From assembly GCF_006345805.1 (NCBI RefSeq), contig NC_042998.1, forward strand, positions 20,398,001 to 20,462,000: DNA of 64,000 nt. The letters run 5' to 3'. This DNA comes from Octopus sinensis. Lineage: Eukaryota. Below, one piece after another: positions 13,075 through 24,810 of this stretch. Position 1 is the stretch's first letter; each line of letters begins with the position of its first letter. Both the position numbers and the translations under genes were made by a program. Below the pieces are notes generated by a model. That model made no database searches, was not told the DNA's origin, and saw only the letters and a program-made list of their open reading frames with translations.

Positions 13075-13819
13075 TCCGTTATAATGTAATTTGATGGACT
13101 AGATGCAAACACGATACCGAAATATCGCGTGCATGGAGTTCAGCCTATTACATTAGAATATATCTTTCAAATGCCTCTACTTTGGCGCGTTGGAACCCGA
13201 GAAAATTAGCCTGCAGCTAATAACTAGCAGCAGTTAATTTATCGGTTAGAGACATATTTATTTATATAAAATTATTAAGGGTAGAAATTGATATTTATCA
13301 ATTAAGACCAGTGGTCTAGCATATTAAAAAAGAATCCGAAGATTAAAATATTTATATATAGATGGGTAATTTAGTACATGGGTAATTATTTTATTTCGTA
13401 TATTTTTCACTTGTTTATTGCTATGGTTTTGTGTTGAGTTGATCTGAGAACATAATCTTTTGTGGTGAATGGCGATTTGACGTCTATATCTAGCATGTGA
13501 CTGTCCACTTTTCGTGTTCAGTCCTTAATTGGTATATATAAATATTTTAATCTTCGATTCTTTTTTATATGCTAGACCACTGGTCTTAATTGATAAATAT
13601 CAATTTCTACCCTTAATTAATTTTATATAAATAAATATGTTCTCTAACCGATAAATTAACTGCTGCTAGTTATTAGCTGCAGGCTAATTTTCTCGGGTTC
13701 CAACGCGCCAAAGTAGAGGCATTTGAAAGATATATTCTAATGTAATAGGCTGAACTCCATGCACGCGATATTTCGGTATCGTGTTTGCATCTAGTCCATC
13801 AAATTACATTTATAACGGA

Positions 13820-13884
13820 CCATGCTGATGATGGCTGCAGTTTTCCTTGCGGAAAATAACAGCTGAAACTAATTTAGTACATGG
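13820..13884 (+). ncRNA. Type I hammerhead ribozyme (array copy); predicted cleavage after 13879
   Basis: ccatg CTGATGA tggctg-cagttttccttgcggaaaataa-cagct GAAAC taattta GTA catgg; stems I, II and III all pair. Confidence 0.85.
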
Positions 13885-14325
13885 GTAATTATTTTATTTC
13901 GTATATTTTTCACTTGTTTATTGCTATGGTTTTGTGTTGAGTTTGATCTGAGAACATAATCTTTTGTGGTGAATGGCGATTTGACGTCTATATCTAGCAT
14001 GTTGACTGTCCACTTTTCGTGTTCAGTCCTTAATTGGTATATATAAATATTTTAATCTTCGGATTCTTTTTTAATATGCTAGACCACTGGTCTTAATTGA
14101 TAAATATCAATTTCTACCCTTAATTAATTTTATATAAATAAATATGTTCTCTAACCGATAAATTAACTGCTGCTAGTTATTAGCTGCAGGCTAATTTTCT
14201 CGGGTTCCAACGCGCCAAAGTAGAGGCATTTGAAAGATATATTCTAATGTAATAGGCTGAACTCCATGCACGCGATATTTCGGTATCGTGTTTGCATCTA
14301 GTCCATCAAATTACATTTATACGGA

Positions 14326-14389
14326 CCATGCTGATGATGGCTGCAGTTTTCCTTGCGGAAAATAACAGCTGAAACTAATTAGTACATGG
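14326..14389 (+). ncRNA. Type I hammerhead ribozyme (array copy); predicted cleavage after 14384
   Basis: As above, but a 1-nt deletion makes stem III the perfect palindrome CTAATTAG. Confidence 0.8.
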
Positions 14390-14831
14390 GTAATTATTTT
14401 ATTTCGTATATTTTTCACTTGTTTATTGCTATGGTTTTGTGTTGAGTTTGATCTGAGAACATAATCTTTTGTGGTGAATGGCGATTTGACGTCTATATCT
14501 AGCATGTTGACTGTCCACTTTTCGTGTTCAGTCCTTAATTGGTATATATAAATATTTTAATCTTCGGATTCTTTTTTAATATGCTAGACCACTGGTCTTA
14601 ATTGATAAATATCAATTTCTACCCTTAATTAATTTTATATAAATAAATATGTTCTCTAACCGATAAATTAACTGCTGCTAGTTATTAGCTGCAGGCTAAT
14701 TTTCTCGGGTTCCAACGCGCCAAAGTAGAGGCATTTGAAAGATATATTCTAATGTAATAGGCTGAACTCCATGCACGCGATATTTCGGTATCGTGTTTGC
14801 ATCTAGTCCATCAAATTACATTTATAACGGA

Positions 14832-14896
14832 CCATGCTGATGATGGCTGCAGTTTTCCTTGCGGAAAATAACAGCTGAAACTAATTTAGTACATGG
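14832..14896 (+). ncRNA. Type I hammerhead ribozyme (array copy); predicted cleavage after 14891
   Basis: Same motif as 13820-13884. Confidence 0.85.
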
Positions 14897-15133
14897 GTAA
14901 TTATTTTATTTCGTATATTTTTCACTTGTTTATTGCTATGGTTTTGTGTTGAGTTTGATCTGAGAACATAATCTTTTGTGGTGAATGGCGATTTGACGTC
15001 TATATCTAGCATGTTGACTGTCCACTTTTCGTGTTCAGTCCTTATTGGTATATATAAATATTTTAATCTTCGGATTCTTTTTTAATATGCTAGACCACTG
15101 GTCTTAATTGATAAATATCAATTTCTACCCTTA

Positions 15134-15149
<16 letters not shown>

Positions 15150-15167
<18 letters not shown>

Positions 15168-16668
15168 AAACTGAAATGCGTTTTTACCGCTTGGATCACT
15201 TTCAATGCCACTACGTCCCGTCCGATTCGCTCCAAAATTTACAGGGACATGTAGAATGAGGTGACGATGCTCGTGGGCTACCTTAGAAATCCCTATCTTA
15301 AAAGGTGTGGTTGCTAGGGGGCCATCTTCCTCACTCACGCTATTTCCTCCTTTCCCTCTCTTACTCCCCTTCATTTATAACTTTGATAAGTCCACTACCG
15401 TTATTTAAAGTATCTGTCACTCTCGCTATTTCCTCTCTTTTTCACTGACTCTGTTTCCTACCTTCCCATCACTTCGGCGGCGTTCTTTTAAGTATCTGTC
15501 TGTCACCAACAACACATGAGCATGAGAACAAATATTATGAATCAGATATTCTTGCGTTCATTTATATGTGTGTGTGTGTGTGTTCTATATATAAATATGT
15601 ATATATAATGTATGTGTGTGTGTGTGTTCTATATATAAATATGTATATATAATGTATGTGTGTGTGTGTGTTCTATATATAAATATGTATATATAATGTA
15701 TATATACGAAGTGTATATATTTGTATTTATGTATATTAAACTTTTTTATACTTTTTCATAGTTATATATATTTTTAAACAAATTATAAATATAATCTAAT
15801 AATTTTTACTTTCAATTTAAATAATTTAAATTTTTCAATTTTATATTTTATATATTTTCTATATTATATTTTTTTAATGTTTTTGTTTTTGGTTTTTCAC
15901 TGTTTGATTTGCCTAAACTGTCAATACGTTGTTGTCCGTCGTTAAGAAATGCCAGCCATGGTGACTCTACTATCCTCAGATTCTATCCCTTCAAACTTGG
16001 GTTTCCAATATTTTATTATTTTTATTCAGCTCGCAAGTTCGTCTGTCCCTTTTAAATGTTAGCGTTTTGCTGTCTGCCTTGAAGCAGACCTTTCCGTTAC
16101 CACTGCCTGATATTTATGATTGATCTTTCTAAATATTTTATTTCTCAACTTACTCAAGATCTTCTGTTGCTTATAAATGGGAGAGAGATAGATAAAGAAA
16201 GAGAGTAAGAGAAAGCGAGGGAGAGTCCGAGAGAAAAGAAAAGTAAGAGAGTGGGAAAGTGAGAGAGAAAGGAGAGAGAAACAAAGACGGAGAATCATCA
16301 TCATCATCGTTTAACGTCCGTTTTCCGTGCTAGCACGGGTTGGACAGTGTGACCGGGGTCTGGGAAGCCAGGAGGCTGCACCAGGCTCCAGTCTGATCTG
16401 GCAGTGTTTCTACAGGTGGATGACCTTCCTAATGCCAACCACTCTGTGAGTGTAGTGGTGCTTTTTTCGTGCCGCCGGCACAGGTGCCAGGGGGGCTCGC
16501 AGCGGCAACGATCGGTTGGTACTTTTTACGTGCCACCGGCACAGAAGCAAGTCAAGGCGGCGCTGCAATCGGCCACGTTCGGATGGTGCTTTTTACGTGC
16601 TGAAAGGAAGAAACAGAAAGTAACAACCACACTCTTACCCGCGCGTAGAGCGGGTCACTTTCAGCTAG
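15150..16668 (+). mobile_element. Possible degenerate non-autonomous Helitron (5' end ~15150, 3' end 16668) with nested repeats
   Basis: The 3' hairpin ACCCGC-gcgtaga-GCGGGT followed by CTAG-T is clear; the TATATAAAACTGAA 5' assignment is tentative. Confidence 0.4.
16300..16600 (-). mobile_element. RTE-tailed SINE/LINE 3' fragment
   Basis: Minus strand ends AAAACGGACGTTAAAC(GAT)n; internal TTTTACGTGCCACCGGCAC subrepeats. Confidence 0.65.
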
Positions 16669-16888
16669 TATATATATATATAATTGAGTAGTTGAATGAA
16701 TTATCTTATTATGGATAATTCGGTTAACCGATACCTGGGTAGCAAATTCACGTCAGAAAAACACGGTTGAAGCTACATGCCTATGGCAAGGATCACGTGC
16801 TATCGTGTGGAAATTTGTGTGTTTTTTTAAATACAAATAAATGAAAGAATGGAGTTAAACGACGAATTAACAAAATTCCTTTATTTTA

Positions 16889-16971
16889 TTTTCGACATAT
16901 GTTTCGAAGGCTGCATATTCCTAATTTCGAAGGAATAAGGGGTGCATTATGCCGCCTTCTCATCAGGAAAA
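16889..16971 (-). ncRNA. Minimal type I hammerhead ribozyme (mirror copy)
   Basis: Exact reverse complement of 17106-17188. Confidence 0.85.
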
Positions 16972-17105
16972 GTAAGGAACTTATGTCCGCATCAAGATGC
17001 ACAAAAACGGAATATTTTAAAGAAACACTCATTATCGCTATGGGCTCCGTGCGGGCAGTCATCTAAAAGTTTTTGTGTATCTTGATGCTGACATAAGTTC
17101 CTTAC

Positions 17106-17188
17106 TTTTCCTGATGAGAAGGCGGCATAATGCACCCCTTATTCCTTCGAAATTAGGAATATGCAGCCTTCGAAACATATGTCGAAAA
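17106..17188 (+). ncRNA. Minimal type I hammerhead ribozyme; predicted cleavage after 17183
   Basis: ttttc CTGATGA gaaggc...gccttc GAAAC ATAT GTC gaaaa; 6-bp stem II, palindromic stem III (CATATG), GUC triplet. Confidence 0.88.
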
Positions 17189-17270
17189 TAAAATAAAGGA
17201 ATTTTGTTAATTCGTGGTTCAACTCCATTCTTTCATTTATATTTATATATATATAATATATATATATATA

Positions 17271-17943
17271 TATACAGCCCACAAATAGAGCGCATATAGA
17301 CATATATATATATATATTTGTGTGTATGAGTGTGTGTGTGTGTGTATGTATATTTACATGTATACTCTTTACTCTTTTACTTGTTTCAGTCATTTGATGC
17401 GGCCATGCTGGAGCACCGCCTTTAATCGAACAACTCGACCCCGGGACTTATTCTTTTGTAAGCCTAGTACTTATTCTATCGGTCTCTTTTGACGAACCGC
17501 TAAGTAACGGGGACATAAACACACAAGCATCGGTTGTCAAGCAATGCTAGGGGGACAAACACAGACACACAAACACACACGCATATTATATATATATATA
17601 TATATATATTAATATATATATATATATATATATACAGCCCACAAATAGAGCGCATATAGACATATATATATATATTTGTGTGTATGAGTGTGTGTGTGTG
17701 TGTATGTATATTTACATGTATACTCTTTACTCTTTTACTTGTTTCAGTCATTTGATGCGGCCATGCTGGAGCACCGCCTTTAATCGAACAACTCGACCCC
17801 GGACTTATTCTTTTGTAAGCCTAGTACTTATTCTATCGGTCTCTTTTGACGAACCGCTAAGTAACGGGGACATAAACACACAAGCATCGGTTGTCAAGCA
17901 ATGCTAGGGGGACAAACACAGACACACAAACACACACGCATAT

Positions 17944-17974
<31 letters not shown>

Positions 17975-17990
17975 TATATATATTATATAT
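17271..17990. repeat. 360-bp tandem duplication carrying the 3' half of SINE A
   Basis: TATACAGCCCACAAATAG at 17271 and 17631. Confidence 0.9.
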
Positions 17991-18161
17991 ATATACATAT
18001 ATACGACGGGTTTCTTTCAGTTTCCGTCTACCAAATCCACTCACAAGGCTTTGGTCGGCCCGAGGCTATAGCAGAAGACACTTGCCCAAGATGCCACGCA
18101 GTGGGACTGAACCCGGAACCATGTGGTTGGTAAACAAGCTACTTACCACACAGCCACTCCT
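17722..18161 (-). mobile_element. SINE family A, full length
   Basis: Reverse complement of the 4156-4641 family. Confidence 0.9.
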
Positions 18162-18271
18162 GTATATATGTATACACACTAGCAGTAATACCTGTCGTTG
18201 ATCGGATTATCTTACTCTTTCTCGGGAGCCACATTCAAAGTGTTATTATATAGAGAGATTTACTCCTCCTG

Positions 18272-19296
18272 TATAGAGTGTTCCAGAATTAATTATCTGT
18301 TTGAATGAAATTGAGCAAATTTTTTTTAAACTGACAGAATTTTATGTTTATTACAAAAACAAAGTCTTATAAATCTTACGTCAAACTTTTAATTGAAAAT
18401 TTTCATCATGTCTGTATCCCTGCATACTTCAAATCTCTCCTTAGCATTGTGAAACACATTTTGAAGCATTTCAGAAGTTAGCTTCTGCACTGCTAACTGA
18501 ATGTGTGCTTTAAGCTCAGCTAAACGATTGCTCCATCTTGGGGATGGTGGTAAAGAAAATGATTGCTGCCAAACGCTGGTGAGACCCATATTGGAGTACG
18601 GGATTCAAGCCTCTTCTCCTTATCTCCTCAAAGACATACAGCATCTCGAAAGAGTCCAGAAGCTGGCTACCCGCATGGTTCTTGGTCTCAAGCATTTGTC
18701 TTATGAAGAAAGGCTGAAGACGCTCGACCTTTATTCTCTAGAAAAACGACGACGCCGTGGTGCTCTCATTCTTGCTCACAACATCATAAGCGGAAAGTGT
18801 AACCTCTCGAAAGAGCTGTTCTTCACTCCTGCTCCAGAGCGTAGTCTGCGGGATCACTCCGAAAAGCTCTATCTGCGACGATTTCATCTCAATCGAAGGA
18901 GAGGGGCTTTCTCTGTCCGGGTTGCGGATCTGTGGAATAAGCTGCCGGACGAGATGGTGAAGATGCCGACGACCGCTCAGTTCAAAGTCTCCCTTGACCA
19001 CAAGTGGCCTGAACTCTTTACATGAACACCACCCTGTACATAACTCCATGTCCCCCTACATGGCCTTGCTTTTTGCTTTTTGAGCCAAAAAATTAACCAA
19101 CTAACTAACCTGAAAAAAAAGCTGTCATGGACATATAATAGGGGTCCAACAGGAATGAAAATAAAATTATAAACGAAAAGCAAAATTTATACACTTTTAA
19201 CAGATATTCAACATGATAAACATAAACAAAAGTGAATTTTTTAAAAAAATGCATCCGATTTCACTCAAATCATCATTAATTCTGCGACACCCTGTA
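18272..19296 (-). mobile_element. Tc1/mariner-like non-autonomous element interrupted by a LINE fragment
   Basis: Imperfect TIRs TATAGAGTGTTCCAGAATTAAT / ATTAATTCTGCGACACCCTGTA; C-terminal remnant LAELKAHIQLAVQKLTSEMLQNVFHNAKERFEVC. Confidence 0.6.
18555..19090 (+). mobile_element. CR1-like LINE 3' fragment
   Basis: LVRPILEYG...LERVQKLATRMV...SYEERLKTLDLYSLEKRRRRG; (TAAC)n tail. Confidence 0.85.
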
Positions 19297-20105
19297 TTTA
19301 CTCGACCGACTAAACGGGGTGGGGGAGAGAACACATGTGGCGGTGGAATAATTGCTGGTGACAAGCGTAGAAATTCCGGAAGTGGTCACGCGGTCAAACT
19401 CAAATGGTTGTGAGTTGCAACAGTAGTTTGTTTTTTTTTGTTTTTGCTTTTGTTTCTTGTTTTTTATATGAACATTTTGCATTATATAGTTCAGACTTGG
19501 ATGACATAGAAAGTAGACATGCTGCCGGGTCATGTTGCGTCGCGCAGTATTGGATACGCGCAACTTCTGGAGAATGGGTAAATGGGTTTGTTGTGCTTTT
19601 ACCCAACCGCACAAACACGCACATGGTCCGGTGGTGCGTGGGATGGTAACACGAAGCATCAATAAGGCGCCGACAAAAATTTTAATGTTCTCATTTTCCT
19701 CTGCCAAAGCCAGTGCATTGTACCCAAATCTGATTAATCTGCATTTTTGGTGGGGGCCCATAGTCGGCATCGGAAATTTTTTTAACCAACAGCAATTCGA
19801 GGAGCCTGATTAATGTTTGTTACAAATTTGGAGGAAAGCGACTGGATACTCTCTTCACGTTACGAACCTTAACGCTAAGAAAATGGTTTAAAATGCGGTT
19901 TATCTGCCACTGGGCCCGCATTAGAGTTAGGGTTAAATACCAGTCGTATACTAGGATCATTATAATCAACTTGTCTCTTCCCCAGAAATTACCGGCCTTC
20001 TGCCAAAATTTGAGATCATTATTATCATCATCATTAAGCTAATGATTTTACAGTATCGGGGAAAAATTACCTGACTCTTCACATTCGTATTTCGAATCAT
20101 ACCCA

Positions 20106-20268
20106 GGCGCAGGAGTGGCTGTGTGGTAAGTAGCTTGTTTACCAACCACATGGTTCCGGGTTTAGTCCCACTGCGTGGCACCTTGGGCAAGTGCCTTCTA
20201 CTATAGCCTTGGGCCGACCAAAGCCTTGTGAGTGGATTTGGTAGACGGAAACTGAAAAGAAGCCCGTC

Positions 20269-20303
<35 letters not shown>

Positions 20304-20529
20304 TGTGTGTGTTTGTGTGCCTGTGTTTTTCCCCCTAGCATTGCTTGTCAAACGATGCTGGTGTGTTTATGTCCCCGTTACTTAGCGGTTCGGCAAAAGA
20401 GACCGATAGAATAAGTACAGGGCTTACAAAAAAAGAATAAGTCCCGGGGTCGAGTTGCTCGATTAAAGGCGGTGCTCCAGCATGGCCGCAGTCAAATGAC
20501 TGAAACAAGTAAAAGAGTAAAAGAGTAAA
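20106..20529 (+). mobile_element. SINE family A, full length
   Basis: Same family as 4156-4641. Confidence 0.9.
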
Positions 20530-21464
20530 GGTTACTTTGCCGTTCATCCTTTCTGGGGTCGCTAGAGACTAACTAGCTCTTTCCCTCGGAACTCCTTGTC
20601 TTTTGACCTAAACTATAAACCGTTATTCTAATTATTTTGTTACCCAAAGGGTTCAAAACTATTGAAGACATGAATCTGTAAAGCTAAAAACTAGTCAATA
20701 TGAATGAATATTTCAAAGCAAATAAATGTTATACAACAACAGCAACAACAACAACAGCAACGACAGACAGTAACCAAAACATATATATATATATAAATAA
20801 AAACACGAATGGAATCTATTTTTCCTTCGTTGTAGAATGTTATTCTGTGCGGCAATTTATTTTGTTTTGTTTGTTGATTGTTTTACTTTATTTAGTTTTG
20901 CATACAGAGCTCTGGATTAATCAGAACTTTCATACAAAGCTCTAGATTAAACTCAAATATTACATTACAGAGAAATGTATAAACCAATCTTGACTTAAAG
21001 CAACAAAGAAGAGCTAGACATGTTGAGCTATGTGCTATATATACCATATATGAAAAATGTATATATAACATATATAGAAAATTTATGTATTGCATATATA
21101 AATGTGTATTGTATGAATGCAGGCTTGGCTGTGTGCCTAGGTGTGTGTATAGTTGTGTATATAGGTGCAAGTGTGGCTGAGTGGATAAGAACCTTGCCTT
21201 GAAGCAACATGGTTTCGGATTCAGTGCTGTTCCATGGGGCCTTGGGCAAGGGCCTTCTATTATATCCCCGGCCGAACAATGCCTTTTGATTGAATTTGGA
21301 ATACAGAAACCGCTTTGAAGCCCGTTATATGGCAAAAATGAGTTGTAACTGTATTTCAAAAGGGCCAGCCCTCTCACATTCTGTGTCATGCTGAATCTCC
21401 CTGAGAACTAGGTTAAGGGTACACGTGTCTGTGGAGTGCTCAGCCAGTTACACGTTAACTTACA

Positions 21465-21639
21465 GGCGTAGGAGTGGCTGTATGGTAAGTAGCTTGCTTA
21501 CCAACCACATGGTTCCAGGTTCAGTCCCACTGCATGGCACCTTGGGCAAGTGTTTTCTACTATAGCCTTGGGCCGACCAAAGCCTTGTGAGTGGATTTGG
21601 TAGACGGAAACTGAAAGAAGCCAGTCGTATATATGTATG

Positions 21640-21685
<46 letters not shown>
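21465..21685 (+). mobile_element. SINE A 5' half ending in its internal (TA)n
   Basis: Head intact; the 3' half is replaced by the Penelope-like fragment that follows. Confidence 0.85.
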
Positions 21686-21688
<3 letters not shown>

Positions 21689-21689
21689 A

Positions 21690-21960
21690 GAATTCACAAA
21701 AAAACAAAAGACGAAGACAGGTGGTGTAGACAACAAACAGATGTATTAGTTTAACGCTCATGAAGTGAAAAAGTCTTTAACGTTCGAGCCTACGCTCTTC
21801 CACAGAAAGGAACACAGAAAGAAACAAGGAGAGAAAATAAAGAATGTGTAGTGGCTAGCGATCTATCATGGCGAATGCCGGACAGAAGGGTCACACAAGA
21901 GAGCCAGAAAGGAGGGGAGATAATAAAGTAGTTGTGATCCCAATAAGCAAACTACTAGTC
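21690..21960 (-). mobile_element. Penelope-like terminal fragment with a degenerate HHR-like motif (21775-21809)
   Basis: Minus strand: cttt-CTGTGGA-a-gagc-gtag-gctc-GAAC-GT-T-aaag; same family as 31180-31380. Confidence 0.5.
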
Positions 21961-22149
21961 AAGTAGTAGAATCGATACCTCTCTTTATCCCTTACTGTCA
22001 CGAATCGTTTACACTTATGAGAGAGTAATAAAAAAAACCTCAGACAGTATCCCTTGCTTTATCTAGCATATTACTGAAACAGTCTGAGGAATCAGAAACG
22101 GTGATCTAGGACAGAATGATGTACTGCACGGCACAAAATCCTTAAAAAA

Positions 22150-22700
22150 CGGAGATGAGTATATGAATCAGTAGATGAAAACACAAAAGGTATTACAGAA
22201 GAACCTCTCCTGGCGAAACTACATCGTTAACGTAGCTGAACCCAACAATTGGCCCTTTTTTCATGGATAGAAAGTACTTCAGTCCCCAACAACTAATGAT
22301 ACTCTACAAACCTCAGTTAGAGCCCACAATAGTGTTCTCACATCTGAGATGATATTGCCGCTGCATCATTGCGTCATCCCTTTCATTATCATAAAGTCAC
22401 ACAGACACACACACGCTGCGTCTCAGTTCTCTTTCTGCCTTTTTGTATCGCTACTATAATATTTCAGACCCTCGGAGCTGGCTGGGCTCATGCAGCCTCC
22501 TCTCAGGCATTGACGACATAGTCGTGTTTTCTTCTCTCATCACGAAAATACAACGCATTAATCACTAAACTTCCTTCCTTGAACATTGCCCTTCTGGAAT
22601 TTACTCCCTTTCCTTATCTTCACTGAAAGTGTTTATTAACAAGTTTCACCAGGAACATAAAGAGCATCAATCTAACCAAGGAAGCCTGCGAAAGCTGTGA
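22150..22700 (+). mobile_element. Highly degenerate CR1/L2 LINE 3' region
   Basis: LSWRNYIVNVA...RKYFSPQQLMILYKPQLEP resembles the L2/CR1 post-RT motif. Confidence 0.45.
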
Positions 22701-22716
22701 GCACTGCCTCTTTCTA

Positions 22717-23281
22717 TTGGGTTGTCCGGAAAGTTCGTGCCGATTTATAGTATCTTATCTTTCGACTTATTTTAGAACATGGTTGAGTCCAATAAAATAG
22801 GATTTGACTACACCTCCATTTAGAGCACAGTTTAAGCTATCTTTTCGTAGAAGAAGATTTATGTTCCTATAACCTGTGTTAATTTTGTAACCCTTTAAAA
22901 TGGAAGAAGAAAATTCATTTTTGGCACTTGATGCTTTGGGAACCAGACAAAAATTGCTGCAGCTCGGTTGGGATGTGTTACCCCACCCTCCATATTCACC
23001 AGGTATTGTTCCTTCGGATTTCCACTTATTCAGGTCTCTGCAGAATAGTCTTAATGGTAAAAATTTCAATTCCTTGGAGGACATAAAAAGATATATTGAT
23101 GAATTCTTTGCCATGAAACCACCTTCATTCTGGGAAGAGGGTATTTTCAAGTTAAAGGAAAGATGGAGACGCATTGTGCAACAAAATGGTTCATATTTGG
23201 TTGATTAAAAATATAATGGCAAGTATTTATTGGCCTTTTTCTTTCCTTTAAAAATCGGCACGAACTTTCCGGACAACCCAA
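22717..23281 (+). mobile_element. Internally deleted mariner (565 bp) with perfect 30-bp TIRs and TA TSD
   Basis: TTGGGTTGTCCGGAAAGTTCGTGCCGATTT at both ends; ORF 22900-23208 joins an N-terminal stub to the LPHPPYSP...SDFHLF C-terminus. Confidence 0.95.
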
Positions 23282-23741
23282 TACCAACTCAACACTATGG
23301 ATGTATGTAGCCTTGCTGCAACGGAATCGCTATTTTAATACTCCGCTCACTTCATTCCTTAATCCCTCAACTCCTGATTCAGTCATAGTGGCGCCGTTGG
23401 GTCATACAGCATGTCATGGTCATCTAAACTTGATGGAGACCATCCCTCTCCAGGTGTGATCACGATTGATTTCTACTGGAGAGAAAGAGAAAGAGTGGTA
23501 AGAGGAACACGAGACCAACACTTTGATTAGAGACTCCGAAGGGATGAAAGGTAAATTGAACTCGAAAGAATTTGAACTGCTGGCACAGACAGTAGGAGCA
23601 AAGACCTCAAGGTATAGTATTTGACGCTCTAACAACTCCGCCAAGCTTACCCTGGGCCTACACCTTTGAGAAGAACCTTCAATGAGCAAATCACCATTAA
23701 CGTGGCATCGGGAAGCTTAAACTAATAACAGAACGCTACAG

Positions 23742-24310
23742 AGCTGGCAGAAACGTTAGCACGCCGGGCGAAATGCTTAGTGGTATTTCGTCTGCCGCTA
23801 CGTTCTGAGTTCAAATTCCGCCGAGGTCAACTTTGCCTTTCATGCTTTCGGGATCGATTAAATAAGTACCACTTACGCACTGAGGTCGATATAACCGACT
23901 TAATCCGTCTGTCTGTCCTTGTTTGTCCTCTCTGTGTTTAGTCCCTTGTGGGTAGTAAAGAAATAGGTATTTCGTCTGCCGCTACGTTCTGAGTTCAAAT
24001 TCCGCCGAGGTCAACTTTGCCTTTCATCCTTTCGGGGTCGATTAAATAAGTACTAGTTACGCACTGGTGTCGATATAATCGACTTAATCCATCTGTCTGT
24101 CCTTGTTTGTCCTCTCTGTGTTTAGTCCCTTGTGGGTAGTAAAGAAATAGGTATTTCGTCTGCCGCTACGTTCTGAGTTCAAATTCCGGCGAGGTCGACT
24201 TTGCCTTGTATCCTTTCGGGGCCGATAAATTAAATACCAACGAAACACTAGGGTCGATGTGATCGACTTAATCCCCTCCTCAACAATTTCAGACCTTGTG
24301 CCTTTAGTCG
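23742..24310 (+). mobile_element. SINE family C with three body modules
   Basis: ATTTCGTCTGCCGCTACGTTCTGAG repeats at ~23785, ~23971 and ~24154. Confidence 0.85.
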
Positions 24311-24810
24311 AAAGGATCATATTGCTAAAACAATAGCAAGACTTTTACTCCACGCTATTTAACACGTACGAATTTGTGGTGTGAGTTTGGGGTAGGGCTA
24401 CAGAATAGTAGTATTTGATATCTAGGTTAAACAGAGTAACCACCTCTAGAATGTTCTAAAGAACAACCCTCTCTATGTTGGAATTTTTGCTGACAGTTGA
24501 AACGGGAATGAATAACAGGATGAGCGTAATGTCTCAGAGAAAATACAAAGACTATTGTTTTAGGGACGATAAGATAATTGTTGTTTACAACAGAATAGTT
24601 GAGTGACTTGCAAAAATAGCAGCCTAATCTTCTTCAAGTGACACACAATCGTCTTAAAAATAAATGCCACACTGATAATGTAGTTGTAGACAGTCTCAGG
24701 CACACTATATCATAATAAAATACTGAGTAACTACAGTTGTAACATTTTTCAATTATAGGCTTGCTCTTCCAAGCTGGGACTAAACAAGAACAATAACAGT
24801 ATCACCACCA

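Larger units (their letters stand above)
12352..15143. mobile_element. Retrozyme-like array: two ~505-bp units on minus (12352-13360) and ~3.5 units on plus (13362-15143)
   Basis: Period 505-506 bp, near-identical units, one complete HHR per full unit, (TA)n at both outer ends. Confidence 0.85.
16837..17240. repeat. Fold-back palindrome, arms 172 bp, 60-bp spacer
   Basis: 16837-17008 vs 17069-17240, four mismatches counted by eye. Confidence 0.95.

Noticed and set aside
12352-15143. CRISPR or coding interpretation of the array; pure sequencing-artefact interpretation
   Set aside because: Units are 505 bp with no spacers, and the 62-aa ORFs are incidental. Scattered 1-bp indels suggest read error and the copy number needs checking, but the asymmetric junction and the diverged relative at 5275 argue against a pure artefact
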